A program made the position numbers and the translations under genes. The notes beneath the pieces were generated by a model. It made no database searches, was not told the DNA's origin, and worked only from the letters and a program-made list of their open reading frames with translations. This document shows, in pieces, positions 11,461 to 25,232 of a DNA stretch of 64,000 bases. Source of the DNA: the human T2T-CHM13v2.0 reference genome, Homo sapiens. The DNA lies in assembly GCF_009914755.1 (NCBI RefSeq), contig NC_060927.1; one strand, given 5' to 3'. Position 1 is the stretch's first letter, and each line of letters opens with the position of its first letter.

Positions 11461-12904
11461 GAAATAACTTTTTAAGGAAAGATTTGGGACTTAGAGACCC
11501 CAGGAGACATACACAAAAATGATAAGAGGATGTGCCCAAACCAGTCTTAAAGTTGTGGCACAGGGTGAGGAAGATGAAGCTGTTACTGAACCTCAGAGAG
11601 TGACTGGTGTTACAGCAAAAGTTAGCAATGGCCTGAAGGGAGGGTTTCTGAAATCAAATATGAATGATTCCCCCTCAGGGAACCCAACCTTGGGAACTAC
11701 TGCATGGTTCTCTGTATGGGAAAATATCATTAATGCAGGATAAATTGTGAAATATCACAGGAAGCATCCTGCATCTAGTCAATCTTCTGTTTCTGGGGTG
11801 GCCTGTGCAGCTGTGCAGGCAGAGGCCCAACCATCCTGGTGAGTGGCACACAGGGACTGAGATCCAGCCACACCTACCAGGCCATGCTCTGGGAAGGGGG
11901 TGGGACCTGGGCAAAGGACACCTCTCTAGGACTGCAGAGAAGCCTTTGTGGGTGGGTGGGACATTCCTGTGATGGCCTTCTGGCTGGGCACTATGAAATG
12001 CTCTGAAGATTTTTCCTTGCACTGTTGCACTAACCCCAGTCCTCTATCACTGCCCCTTCCTCCTGGGCGACTTCACTGATGTTGTGGCCATGTGAATTCT
12101 CTGGCCAATGAAATGATAAAGATGATATGGCCTCTGCCAAGCAGACACTGTAAGTATTATTGTATGATGCTTTTGTCTCTTTTTTTTAAGTTAAAGCAGT
12201 TTATTAAGAAAATAAAGGAATAAAAGAATAGCACTCCATAGGCAGAGCAGCTGCCTCTGTCTCTTATATTTTCCCCTCTGCCTCAAGCCCAACATGCCCA
12301 AAATTGGGGCTGCTGGTTCAGCCTGGGTCTCAGAATAAAGACATGAGCCACAGATCCATTGCTGACCCATGATGGAGATGGACACAAGAGAGAAACACAT
12401 TTTTGTCATGTTAGCCACTAAGATTTTGATTTGGAGGCCATTTGCTACAGCAATATAACCTAGCGTGAACAGAGAGACACAGCGATGTTCCATTTCTTTT
12501 CAACCTGGAACAGGAGAATTTCATAGGTGGGCCTCAATTTCACTTTAGTATCTTATTTAGACAAGAAAGTTCATACTGTTCAAATGTCATGTTTAAGAGT
12601 GCTGGCATTATCACTGCTGTGGCTACCCCATCAGATGTTGCTCACTGACTAATCTTCTCATGTTAGTGAGGATGGACAACATATCAGGCCATAATTCAAA
12701 GTAGCAAATAGGAAAAGAGCTTCATCCTAGCATTATGGGACCTTAATTAATGTCCTTTCCTGACAGGTTTCAGAGGCTTTTGCAGGCAGCAGCAGAGCTA
12801 TTCATCTCACTGACAGTGGGGAACATGGCCAAATGGTTGCCCCCACAATGGAGGCAGAGTTTCAGGACACTTGTCTGATCTCTGCCCTTGAAGGAACAGT
12901 CTCA

Positions 12905-13547
12905 CCCTGATTGACACTTTTGCCTGTTATGTCCAAAGAACCAATGGAAAAGCAGGAAAATTATTCCTTCTTCATTTCTCTCTTCATTATTTAAAATTAT
13001 TCTGTCTTCACTTCTCTCTCCTTTTCTCTGCTTCCTACTTAGCTCTTTAGAAATGCAATTATAATCTTTTATCTCCCCTTCACCAGACACTCCCAACAGG
13101 GCAAGTTCATCTAACTATGTGCTCTTAGTTAGACGCTACAGAGCAGAACTCTCTCCCACCAAGAGACTACCTTGAGACATAACAGTCAATTCACAAGCCA
13201 AAATATGCCCGCTATGAAACTCTCCCATCTGGAAATTTTTTGGCTGCTTTTACAACCTAGTTTTGCCCACAAAGGCACCAGCAGTAACCAACTCAACTGC
13301 CTGGTAGACAAGGCACCAAAGCCAGTACCCAGACCCTCTACCTGCTCACTTCCTGCCTTGCATGCCACGCCCCCCATTTAAAAGCCTCTGCTTTCTGCTC
13401 CAAAGGTGAAGCAGTTACCCTTAAGGAAAGAAGCCTGTACTTCTTCCCCTAAGGTAGCTTTGGAATAAAAGTCACTTTATACCAAACCTAGCTCTTGTTA
13501 ATTAGACTCTGCAAGTGATGAGCAACTGAACCTACATTTCAGTTATA
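12905..13547 (+). mobile_element. Old ERV1-class solo LTR (MER39/MER34-like; family uncertain)
   Basis: TATA-like TTTAAAAG at ~13377, AATAAA at 13464-13469, and an end TTTCAGTTATA resembling an LTR terminus. Confidence 0.5.
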
Positions 13548-13864
13548 ATTCCTATGCTTGCTCTTCCTGCCCTGCCTTGGGGACACGCACACACTCCCAG
13601 GCACATACATGCACGTGCACTGAGACAGCTATGTGAATAACCAACAAGATCCCCTTAGGAAAACCGGTGCTTGGCCTGGCCTTAAATTCCAGACCCTTGG
13701 GCATCATACCCAAGACTGCAAGAAAGAGGAGGGGCTGGACCTGAAAAACTTGGAAGGGAAGGTCCAACTGTACAGGTATTTTGTCAGGCATGTGATTTCA
13801 GTATAAAATTCTAGAAAAGATGAGTGACACTTTATAAGGAGAGAATATCAACAAAATTTCTCAT

Positions 13865-13870
13865 TTTACT
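13865..13870 (-). terminator. LTF: Variant polyadenylation signal AGTAAA of LTF
   Basis: AGTAAA ~155 nt after the stop codon, followed by U/GU-rich sequence. No AATAAA nearby on the minus strand. Confidence 0.7.
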
Positions 13871-14024
13871 TCTTGCTAAGACGACAGCAGGGAATTGTAA
13901 GCAGATGGATGGGCAATCCCCACCTTCAGCAGGGGAGGCCAAGGCCCCAACACACCTGGGGAGAAGAGCTGGGGGCAGTGAATGGCTGAGGCTTTCTTGG
14001 GGAGCTGGGCCATCTTCTTCGGTT

Positions 14025-14059
14025 TTACTTCCTGAGGAATTCACAGGCTTCCAGGAGGG
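14025..14059 (-). CDS. LTF: LTF exon 17 coding part (PLLEACEFLRK*)
   Basis: Acceptor CACAG; TAA at 14025-14027. Confidence 0.97.
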
Positions 14060-14636
14060 CTGTGGGACACAACAGAGCAAGAGATTCAGAAACTGATTTC
14101 TTCCATTAAACCAGTTATTTAATCCAATAAATCAAAGAGAATACTAAGAGTTTTCTCTGCCCTTCTCCCATCACTGAGTCAGTGCTTGCCACACTCATAT
14201 TCCCACTCCCCTACTCCTAGCGACTACGGTGTTCAAGGGAGCCAGAGTCTAGCCCTCACCAGCCAGGGTGTTTCCCTGCTCTGGCCTGAGAGACACAACC
14301 ACCCTGCACTTGTCTCTGATTGAATCGACTGTCACATTCTCAAGTTCACAAGACATTGGTGGTCCTCTAGCTTCTCCCGGAATGTGAACCTGTTTGCAAT
14401 CATGTTCACCTGCAGATTCACTCATTCATTCACAGATCCTTACTGAGCACCTGCTTTGTGTGAGTTGCTGTGCTAAGTGCTGGGGACACAGCATGGATAG
14501 ACTGGCCTGCCCTCAAGAAGCATGTGGTCTATGCAGTCCTGAGCTGGCTGCTCACAAGAAGAGCCCTGTAGCCATATTTCTCAGAGGGTGGTCCTGACCT
14601 GCATCACAGTGACCTGAGTTGTTTGTCAATACAGAA

Positions 14637-14848
14637 AAGGGTTTCTCAACCTTGGCACTATTGACATTTGGGGCCTGATAATAACCCTTTATTGCAGGGG
14701 GCTGGCTGTGCTTTGTTTAGTAGCATCCCTGGCCTCTACCTATTTGTTACCAGCAGCACCCTCTATGTTGTAAGAATCAAAAAAATGCTTCTCACATTGT
14801 CAAATATCCCCTCAGGGGAAAAATTGTCTCTCATTGAAAACTACCGAT
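14637..14848 (+). mobile_element. MER20 DNA transposon within MER5-like fragments
   Basis: GGTTTCTCAACCTTGGCACTATTGACATTTGGGGCC...TTGAAAACTACCG. Confidence 0.8.
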
Positions 14849-15150
14849 AAAGACATTTCTGGCCCTGCCCCCATCCTTGGACCAACAGCATCCCTAATGC
14901 CCCCAACTCTGGGTGAGGGACCAGGAATAGGAATCTGAATGATTGCAGTGCACAGGGAGCTGTGCACACTGAAATCCCACAGTTATCACCGGGAGCCTTA
15001 CAATACTCTGTGATGTCTTCTAAATATTTTTAAGGGATTAAATTAATATCAACATATTTCCCTGGTTAAGATGTGTTTTCCTACACTTGAATTTTTTTGA
15101 GATTTTGTTTTCTCTATAGTTGGCATCTATGGTAACTGTCTAGAATCAGA

Positions 15151-15453
15151 TTTTTTTTTTTTTTTTTTGAGGAAGGGTCTTTCGGTGTCACCTAGGCTGT
15201 AGTGCAGTGGTACAATCATAGCTCACTGCAGCTTCAACCTTCTGGGATCAAGCAATCCTCCTATTTCAGCCTCTCAAGTAGCTGGGACTAGAGGTGCTTG
15301 ACACCACACCAGGCTAATTTTTAAAATTATTTTTGTAGAACAAGGTCTCTCTGTGTTGGCCACATTGGTCTCAAACTCCCGGGCTCAAGCCATCCTCCCA
15401 CCTCTGCTTCCCAAGGTGGTGGGATGACAGGTGTGAGCCATCACACGTGGCTG
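15151..15453 (-). mobile_element. AluJ-type SINE
   Basis: Poly-T followed by an antisense Alu dimer. Confidence 0.9.
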
Positions 15454-15769
15454 GTTTTGTCATTTCTCAATGCATATGTATATATGCACCTTTCATTTTA
15501 CTGAATAAAATGGATTATCAGTTTCCAAAGATTTCATGACAGTGCCATCACTATCCGTACTATAAAATTTATAAAAATTTATTACATACTGCTCTATTTT
15601 ATTCTCTAATTATTTTATCAATGAGATTATAATTTCCTGAACTGTAAAGAGATATTATCTTTCCTTAACATTTTTACACCTGTGTTCGTTCCTAGAATGC
15701 TGTTTGGCCCTCAAACCTTGACCTTCACCCATGGTGGTTTCTCGGGGATGCTAGCTAGGGTCTACTTAC

Positions 15770-15959
15770 GGGAGGTTGAGCACTTTTTCAGATTAGTAAT
15801 GCCTGCGACATACTGTGGTCCCAAATATTTTTCATATGTTGTTTTGCCATGGAGTCTGGCCAGACACTCAGTGTTGTCATTGAACAGAAGGTTTTTGGTT
15901 TCAGACTGGAATAAGCAAAACTTGTCCGGGCAGTCAGATCCATTTCTCCCAAATTTAGC
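15770..15959 (-). CDS. LTF: LTF exon 16 ([17 protein letters not shown]...KKCSTS)
   Basis: 190 nt, CAG/GTAAG boundaries; matches ORF 15762-15968. Confidence 0.98.
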
Positions 15960-17125
15960 CTGCGACAAAAGGGCAGACAGTGAGTAGCTAAGGAAAAGAG
16001 GAATTTATGGGTTAAAGGAGGCAAAGGGGTATTTCTTCCACCCAAGAACAGCCCTGAGAAAACCATGGGGCAGAAGGAGCTGAGTTCTGGAGTCATTCCA
16101 CCTCCTTAGTGGAGTCCCCCACCCCACACTCCTGGTGGCAGGCCCGCCTTGGGCAGCATCCAGGCCTCGCACCACTTCTGGTCCTACCTCCTACCATCTG
16201 CCATCTTTCCTTCCTTCTTAACCTGTGACCTTTTCCCATACAACTTCTTATGGGTGACAAGGCAACAATGGAGGGGTTTTGAGATCTGCCCTCACAAGTC
16301 AATTGCTCAGGACATTCTAATATGCAGCTCTTCTAGAGAGGCAGGCTGCTAGGAAAACCCAGGCTCAGCCACTAACCAGCTCAGTGTGCAGGTCGGTCAC
16401 CCTGCCTCCCTCACACAGTTCCTGCTCTGTCCCAGGCTCCCATGTGGGGAGACTGAGACCCAAACCCCTCAGTCACGGCAGCTCTCTCACCAGCACCACT
16501 GTGTGTGCACATTAAGAGCTCCATAAAGGCCAGTTATGGTGGCCAGTCTTGTTATTCCTGAGTTGTTTTCTTCAAAAGCACACAGAGACATGATGTTATA
16601 TGATAAAAATAGAAGTTCTAATAAAATCCCAGATTTTAAGAAAATTTTGGGATTTCGTTCAAATCACATTTAGAGAGCCCTAAATCTATAGGGCACCTTC
16701 TGAGTTTGCTGTTTTAGAGGCCTGGCCTAGAGCACTGTTCACTCGGCCCAGGTTCAGGAAATGTCACCTGAGTAAAAAGCACTATACTAATGCATGTGGG
16801 AGGAAGGCTCAGTGGCTTCCTCATTTGCCAGAAGAACAGCAGGAGGGAAAAAGACAGCCTCTGAGCCAGGCAGTGATGGCAACAAGGCCAGGGCACAGAG
16901 TCTCAGCAGAAATGGAGTGAGTCCCAGAAAGCCCAGAGTCAAAAGCCTCTGTTGTTCTTGTTGACACTCTGGGCAACGCCACAGCATGAAGCCAATACTC
17001 TCACCATGAGCTTCAAGTAGAGGACTAGAGAGGATCGAGTGGGCTGGTGCACCTAGCTCTGTGATCTCCTCACCTAACATGAGCCCACACAGCTAAGAAA
17101 GCACTAGAAGCCCTGTGGTCCATAC

Positions 17126-17310
17126 CTGTTGGTGGAGCAACACCTGTTTCAGGCGTTCCACCTTATCCATCCGAGACACCACGGCATGATTCGGGGCCAT
17201 GGCAAGATGGCAGCTTCTAGCCTCAGTCACAGGCTTCCGTTTGCCATCGAGGCACAGCAGCGCAAAGTCTGCCAGCTTCAAATCCTTAGCCCATGCCTCA
17301 TTGTTATTTC
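17126..17310 (-). CDS. LTF: LTF exon 15 (GNNNEAWAK...APNHAVV...LLHQQ)
   Basis: 185 nt, CAG/GTATG; contains the C-lobe iron-ligand His. Confidence 0.98.
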
Positions 17311-17494
17311 CTGGGGAGAAAAAGAAGGTGGCATCATCCACGCCTCCCCTGCTTAGCCAAGAAGTCTCTTCTGGGTGGGTGTGGCCATTCCACTGACCTC
17401 CCAAATGCACACACTGGGGTTGTGGTGATGTGAGGAACAGAGAAGGAGCTTCATCCTACACAAGCTGTACAAACTTCAAATATACCAAATATTA

Positions 17495-18025
17495 GTGCTG
17501 TGTCCATGCAATGGAATGTTATTCAGCAATAAAAGGGAGTGAAGTTCTGGTACATCCTGCAATATGCATGAACCTCGAAAACGATGCTAAGTGAAAGAAG
17601 CCAGTCACAAAAGACCACACAATAGGCTGGGCACGGTGGCTCATGCCTGTAATCCCAGCCCTTTGGAGGCCAAGGTGGGAGAATCACTTGAAGCTAGGAG
17701 TTCATGACCAGCTTGGGCAACATAGCAAGACCTCATCTCAAAAAAAAAAACCCACCACATATTATATGACTCCATTTATATGAAATGTCCAGAATAGGCC
17801 AACCTATGGAGACAGAAAGTGGATTGATGGTTGCCAATGCTGAAGAAGGATAGGGCAATGACTGATAATAGGTGCAAGGGTTTCTTTATGGGAGGATACA
17901 AGCGTTCTAGAGTTGGATTGTGTTGATGGCTGCACAACTCTGTGAATGTGCTGGAGATCACTGAATTGTACACTTTGCATGGGTGGATTTTTTAGTATAT
18001 GAATTCTACCTCAATAAAGCTGTTT
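17495..18025 (+). mobile_element. L1M(B) 3' end interrupted by an Alu monomer (~17625-17750)
   Basis: GCTAAGTGAAAGAAGCCAGTCACAAAAGACCAC...CTCAATAAAGCTGTT. Confidence 0.8.
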
Positions 18026-19245
18026 AGAGTTCTTATTTTTTTAAAGAAGAAAACCCTCCACCTATGCCATATTTTTCAGTGAGTTCCAGAAAAAGAATAG
18101 ATGGTTTACATTCAAGGAGAAATTGGTTTCTCCTCCCTTTCATATTCAAATGCTATTAGTGTAACCAGAGAAAGGAAAGGAACTTTTATAGGTTTATCAA
18201 ATATATACAGCCAATTCTAACAAAATACAGTTGTAAAGTACCGGAGAAAGTTAAAATTAAATTTGACATCAATCTGATCCCTGGAGATTACTTCAGTTAA
18301 TGGCTTGTAAATTCTAAATGTAATTGTATGCATGTCTATGTTTGTGCAGATGCCGGCTCATTGTTCCGGCTCCCGTTTGTCTCTCTGCTCTCTCCCTTTA
18401 AGAAAGCACTTTATTCATTCTCTTGGATTCCTCTATTTGATATTGAAATAATTTCAAATTTACATGTCTTGTTTTAATCTCTGTCCCAAGAGACACTAGA
18501 AGGAGCAGAAGCAGAAGGGAGAAGTGGCTGAGACTGCAGTGATTACTGAAGGAGGGAGGCCGAAAGTGGAGACAGTTCTTTCTCAGGAAACAGAATAGCA
18601 AGTCACCTGCTGAGACTTGGGGGTTGGAATGCTGAAGTGGGGCTAAGGAGACAGATGCAGATTGGAAGGTAGCAAATGGCTGAGGACCAGGAGAGAGAGT
18701 GATTGTTCAAACATTGGCTGGAAGATTATCTTCCATCATCTGCAACCACCTGTAATTTTGTTCCCACTAACTCCCAAGGAGTCTCCAGACCAAGGCTCAC
18801 ATGGGGATGAATGAAGGCCTCTACTTCCTTTTTCATAAAGGGAGGCTTCATTTGCATATGTTCACCCAGTTTGTAGCATCATCCACAGTTTCCAATAGGC
18901 ATGCATGATCTCATGTGGGCAGACAGTGTGTTTCTGTGGTTGACTAGAGGAAGCCAGGGAGACATTTGCTACTGAGCATGGCTAGTATCTGTGTGTGTGA
19001 GAGTGAGTGTGTGTGTGTGTGTGAGAGAAAGAGAGAGAGTGTGTGTGTATGAATTTCGTTTCAAAATCCATATGACACCTACAGATGTTATCATGTTGTC
19101 TATTGAGATAAAGAATTTTGGAGTTCTTTTAATCACAAATATGGAAAATGTTATAAAACCTTCCCAAAGGCAAATCTGAACACTAAGATGTGTTGTGATG
19201 CCAAAGACTCTGCTTTGAAGGAGAAAAGGAAACACCTTCACCTAC

Positions 19246-19313
19246 CATCAGTGTTCTGCAAGACAGTGACATCTTTCACAAATGCAACGTCTCCAGCATT
19301 CTCAGCCAGGCAC
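19246..19313 (-). CDS. LTF: LTF exon 14 ([22 protein letters not shown])
   Basis: 68 nt, TAG/GTAGG. Confidence 0.97.
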
Positions 19314-19727
19314 CTAAAATGTTCCAGAAAATATACACATAATTACAGAAGAGAAACTAGTGGGGCTTTCATAAATATTTGTAATATGCATTCCAAAAAC
19401 TGAAATATGGAAGTAAACATCTAAAAGACAACTATTTCTAGGAATTTACTGTTTACAGCGGCAGATTGAACACAGGTGTACCTGCCCTCCTTTTAAAACC
19501 CTATATAAAAGACATTACAAAACCAAGAAATCTAAAGATATGCGACCCAGGAAACAGGCAATCTAACATGAAGTAAGACAAAGGAAAGCACCAAAATAAT
19601 GGTCAACAGGACCCCCAGGACCACAGATGTGCAGGCGGCCTACACAGCAACCAGTCCAAACTGCAGCAGGAAGATGGATGCCTTCTGGAGCAGCACTTCC
19701 AAGTAAATGATGAAACTGTGATAGCAC

Positions 19728-19729
<2 letters not shown>

Positions 19730-19822
<93 letters not shown>
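19730..19822 (+). repeat. Compound (GA)n(GT)n microsatellite
   Basis: Seen directly. Confidence 0.97.
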
Positions 19823-19825
<3 letters not shown>

Positions 19826-21274
19826 CATGTTGTTAGGAGATTTACATTACTGGCAGACAGTTTGGGGATGAGATAGTGATGTGTTTTTTTAAGTGCAGAA
19901 AATTAAGCAAATAAGAAAAGACATTTATGAACTCCAGAGTAAACAAAAAGTTTGTACAATAAGGGAAATATAATATGAGAATAACGCTTACACAGTCATA
20001 AGTACTGAATATGACATTAGCGTGTTGGGTGCTGAAGAGAGTTGAAGTCTGTGGTTGTGTGGTGGAAAAGGTGCTGGGGGCAGTGTGAGAGGCTAGATCT
20101 TCTTCTATACTACAGAGTCAGCAGAAAGTTAAAAATTAAGAACCAGCATTATAAGGATGATAGAAATAAAGGGGTATGACACTGGTTTCAGCTTTTAATG
20201 ATTTTGCTATAAATTTCCCCAATCTAGATTCTAGATATAATTTAAACAAAAGACAAGGGATTTTCTTCCAGTATAATTAGGAATATTAAAATGTGGGTGT
20301 TTCCAGTGAACTAATACCTTGCTGCAGGTCTGAAAAAAAAAAAAAGAGGAGCACATGCTTCTTTCGGGCTCTTATGAGACATGTGTTCAGCATTTCTGAG
20401 TAGAATCACATTTCCATTTGCAAATCCTTAGTCCCTTAAAGATATTTTTATACATTCACAAAACATTTTTTTTTGTTTTGGGTCTTTTTTTATGAGCCAC
20501 TTATATAGCAAAAGCTACTTTTCTGTCATTCCATTACTGGAACAAGGCTGTTGAATTTATATTAAAAAGTTCAGACACCCTCAGACACATGACGCCATCT
20601 GGTCGTGAAATGTACTCTTGGCAAATGGAGGAAAAGGAACAGGGGAAGATCCTCTCTGCACCCTTCACACTGGTAAATAGTGCCCCTGAGAAGCAACACC
20701 CGGATGAATGGTGCTGTAAAACGTGGGGTGTGGTTACAAGTCACTAAGTGGTTATAACTTATGAATTCTGAAAACTTGTTTTTTGGCTTATTTTTCACTT
20801 CGTTACTGGAGAATAACACTGCAATTCTGCCATCTCTTTGCCATTTCTAAGGCCAAAGTCAGAGAAAAAGGGAAACCTAAGCCATAGTCATGACCTAGGT
20901 GAGAAGAAAAGGGGCGGCGATGGGAAAGAGAATTCTTCCCCATAAATGGAATTGTAGGAAGCACTTAGGATACCACACTCTACCCATTTGATTTTCAGGA
21001 CGAGGCTATTGAGGCCTACTGCTGTTGATCTTGGCTCAAAGCCACAGGGAGAAGCACTGCGGAGCTGAGGTCAGACAGCCCTGGTGCCAGCCTCCACTCT
21101 CTGGGGCGGTGGGTGTGGTGGGGACAGCCCTCACTGGGGCCACCCATGAGCTGACCCACAGGATGACCCCCACTCTGCTGTGACAGGTCACATCTGGCTC
21201 CTTAGAACTGCAATGCTGACATGCTGAGGGATGAGGTAAGTCCCCATCCTGATGGAGCTCAGTCACAGACTCAC

Positions 21275-21416
21275 CGGAAAGCCCCAGTGTAGCCGTAGTA
21301 TCTCTCGTTGCTGTTGGGCACGCACTTATTCTCACCCTGCTCGTCGCCAATACACAGAGCACAGAGATTAGATCTCGGGTCAGACCCAGGGGCACAGCTT
21401 TGACTGAAATATTCAT
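21275..21416 (-). CDS. LTF: LTF exon 13 ([11 protein letters not shown]...[11 protein letters not shown])
   Basis: 142 nt, CAG/GTGAGT. Confidence 0.98.
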
Positions 21417-23114
21417 CTGGAGAGAAGGAACACGGGGAGTCAGCTCTTCAAACCTGAGTCCACACAAGCAACCTTTACCTAACAGCCGATGCAGGGTGGT
21501 TTCAGTTCATTAGACTTCCCAGGACAGCAATCTAGATAGAACACACTCACCATCACAAAGCAACATGTTGTCACCAACATAGGACCCACCAGAAAAGCTT
21601 CATTCAGACTGTAGGCACAGATGGACACCCAACTAAGGCTGGGGATGAGAGCTGTGGCTGCCTGGAGGGTCCCGTCATCACAGCCTTGAGCTGGGGACTC
21701 AGCTCATGACCGTGATGGCTGTGTGCAGCAGAGCCTGTGAGTTGCCTAGTCCAGGATCTGATTTTGTTTTTATCAGTAATGGAAACCCTGCTTTGTATCT
21801 GGGTGCTTGGCCCTTTGGTATAAAGACTAGACTTATCAGACTCCCTGGGGCTCATATGGCCATATGGGTAGCTATAGGCCAGTGAAATATCAGCAGGAGT
21901 GTTGGGCGCCAGCTTCTCAGAAACATCCTTGAAAGACAATTGGTACATGCCTTTTGCCCTTTCTTCTCCTTCTCTTTCTTCATCCTGCACATAGAATGCA
22001 GAAGCAGGGACTGGACTTAGAGATGCAATGTGGGCCATGAGGTGACCTTGAGCATGAAAGCCACACAAATGGCAGAGTAGCCAAATGATTAAAGCCCAGG
22101 TTCCAGACCCCATATTGTCTTCATACCAGCCCTAGGCAAACCACCTCTGGACTACATGACACAGAAATTAACTTCTGTCTTGTTTAAGCCTCTACTATTT
22201 CAGGAGTTTTCTGTTCCTTGCAGCTGAACCTGATCTGAATTCGTTCATTGTGTGATTTAACCCAAGAAAGAATAAACAAAGGTGACAAGAAAGCTCTGCC
22301 CCACTGAGCAAACGTCACCCATTATCAGACTCCCACTGCTGCTGGAAGAGCCACACTATGTGTCAACCTCAGGAAAAGCTGGGAGTTCCCATTCCATCCT
22401 GGCAGTTTCCCTACAGCTCAGAGGCTGCCATGGAGCTGGTGAGGAGCAGAGCCACGTGAAAGCTGCCTGCCCCGGCCAGGATCAAAAACCCATGCAGTGG
22501 AGCCCCTGCCCTAGGAGACGCCCATACAAGAAGGGAGTCACATTGAGGATGTGCTACACACCATGCCACGGGGCCCACAGCAGGCAGGGTGTGGCTGATG
22601 CTGACTAGGATGAGTGTGGGGTGTGGTGGGGAGAGAAAACTGCAGAAGCAGGTGGAGCCAGGCTCTTGAGGTCTTATTCAGGCTCCGTTGCAGTGTAGAG
22701 TAAGCGTCAGTTTTGCTTAGTAACAGGAGTCACCTTTCATGAGGCAGGCAGACATCTTTCCCCAAGCTGGGAAGCCAGAGTTTAAGAGGAATTTAGGTCT
22801 GGAGCTCCAAGAGGTAAAAAGCATTTGCACATCTTGGAACTTGCATTTATTCTTAGGGTGCAGCGAAATAGGCAGATATTCCAATCTTTAATCTTGGGGT
22901 GGGGTGAATGGGGCATGGGAAGTGCTGTGCAGGGAAACCCCCAGTGCACCCACGCCTCCAGGGGGCAGCCACAGGGAGAATTTCCTTATGCTGGAAGAGG
23001 CCTGCAGGCCACTATCAGCCTGCAAATCCCCTCCCCTCCCTTCCCTAAGGTTCCACAGCACAATATGCCTACCCTCCAGGGTGGCCCACCCACCGCACCT
23101 TTGGAACTCCTTAC

Positions 23115-23270
23115 CAAATTTGCAGGAGCCCGTCTGGTTGAAGAGCAGGCCCATGGGGATATTCCAGCCTGCAGTCCTGTCCACGGCGGTGTGGCAGGAC
23201 TTCTTGCCTTTCACAGAGTTCCAGGTAAGGCTAGTGTCTGATCTCCTAACCACCGCCACAGCAAGATATC
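23115..23270 (-). CDS. LTF: LTF exon 12 (GYLAVAVV...[17 protein letters not shown]...SCKF)
   Basis: 156 nt, CAG/GTAAG; matches ORF 22888-23325. Confidence 0.98.
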
Positions 23271-24273
23271 CTGGCATAACAGATGACAGAAAAACAAGTC
23301 TTAACCTCCAGGAGGCCTGGCACATGGATTCCAGTGGAGCTGTCTACAGCCCAGGCCAAAACAGGCCAAGAAGCAACACCAGGCAATGATTCCCTCAAAG
23401 AACTGGCCTTTTTAGGTAGACCGAGAAAGCATAAGCTGCTGCCTTATGTTAAGGTGAGATTGATGAAATAAAACAGTAAGAAAAGCTGATTATTTTAGTG
23501 ATTACAGGGGACTGTCTTCAACCAGCCACACAATGTCCCTGAGTTACAAACCAGCAATGCATCTCTCAGTGTAAGCTTCTACAGCAACAAACACTATAAA
23601 CAACAAGAGAGACCCCAACAGTGCATAAATCACCAACCACAGTGTGCATCAGGCAAGAGCACCAACATCCAGCCAGCTAACGGCTGTGTGGGTACAGGGG
23701 CACATGTCCCCAGGGACTGCCCTGAGCTGAGTCTGAACCCACCCTGCACTGGTTGAACTCAACATGGTTGCCGTTGTCCTCCTGAGAGAATGCATCTGAC
23801 AGACACCCACCAAGGGCAAGTCTTTTCTGAAACTGAGCAAGCACCAGCTCTGGTGGGCAGGAGGAGTGGTGCACAGAGCACTGGGACACGAGTCCCAGGT
23901 CACGAGGACCCGGGGTCAAGACCAGGATCTACCACAGTATTACCTATGGCTGTGAGTGAGATCCTGGGCACTTGGGGACTCTCGGTGCCACTGTTTCCTC
24001 ATCCCCATGAGGTGGGGAAGTAGCACCCCCCATTCCATGACCATGACAAAATGAGGGACTATATGGATGTTCTTTGCCAAGTGTGAAGGTCAATATAAAC
24101 ATTAATTAGAACTATTCCTCTGTGAATTATTTGCACCCTTAAAATTATTGCTCCTAGAAGCCCTATAGCTTCTAGGGCTGCAATTCTTTCTGTTTTTTTT
24201 ACAGTTCCTGCCACTTCCTCTTCCAGCAACAAGAACTTATCCTTGACCCTGAAAGTGGCTAATGCCAACTCAC

Positions 24274-24327
24274 CTTCCACAGGTCTATCCACACAGTTAG
24301 GATCAGGGTCACTGCTTTGTTGGGATT
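24274..24327 (-). CDS. LTF: LTF exon 11 (SQQSSDPDPNCVDRPVE)
   Basis: 54 nt, CAG/GTGAGT. Confidence 0.97.
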
Positions 24328-25141
24328 CTGAAAGAATAAAGACAAGCCAGACATCATTATCCATTCAGATGTAGTGAGAAGCCACAAACTCTTAAATCTC
24401 AATGATGCAGAATCAAATCCAAAGAGACCGTCCCAGCAGTTCCATGCAGGAGAAATGCGTCTATATGTTCAACAAAAGACATGGCACAGAGATTCACAGC
24501 TGCATTATTCACCACAGCCACCAACTGGAAACTACTCAAATGCCCATCCACACTCAAATGATGAATAATCACAGTAGACTCACACAGCGACGAGACTGAA
24601 CAGTCTACAACTACACACTTAGGTGGATGAAAAGCATAACGATGAGCAAGAGAAACCAGACATAAAAAAACACATGCTGTGTAATTCCTTTAACATGAAG
24701 TTTAAAACATAGGCAAACTTAGATCTGCGACCTTAGAAGCCAGGAGAGAGGCTTCCCTTGCAGGAGTAAGGGGGCGGGGGACAGGAGGACATAAGGGGCT
24801 TCTGAAACTTGCAGTGTTTGTTCTGGGCCCGAGAGCATGGACTGTACAGTGTGTGAAGTGCCATGAGTTGTACATTTATGTGCACTTTTCTGTTTGTATG
24901 TTATAATTCACTGAGATCTTCTGGAAAATTAAGAAGATAAAACCAACCTGTCCCTTGTTAATTCTCAACACAATAGGCTTTGTGGGTAACACGGCCCCTT
25001 TCATTTCTTCTTTCCCTGATTCTCCCTTTTGAATGTATCTGTTCATCATAATGTTTCACCTGCATTCACCGAATGGGATTACTCATAGCCCCACTCCCAT
25101 GACCCAGAGGGAATATACCAGAGGATGCTAACTCCACTTAC

Positions 25142-25232
25142 TGTAGTTCTCTGCCAGGACAGGCACCAAACCACATTTGCCTGCAGTGTACACATATCCT
25201 CCATCCAAACTCATGGCATCAGCTTCTCCTTT
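25142..25232 (-). CDS. LTF: LTF exon 10 ([30 protein letters not shown])
   Basis: 91 nt, CAG/GTAAGT. Confidence 0.97.

Noticed and set aside
4457-11475. Twin ORFs MQDVGKLTTAPTARR... at 4457 and 11077
   Set aside because: They are the two LTR copies translated; there is no evidence of coding function.
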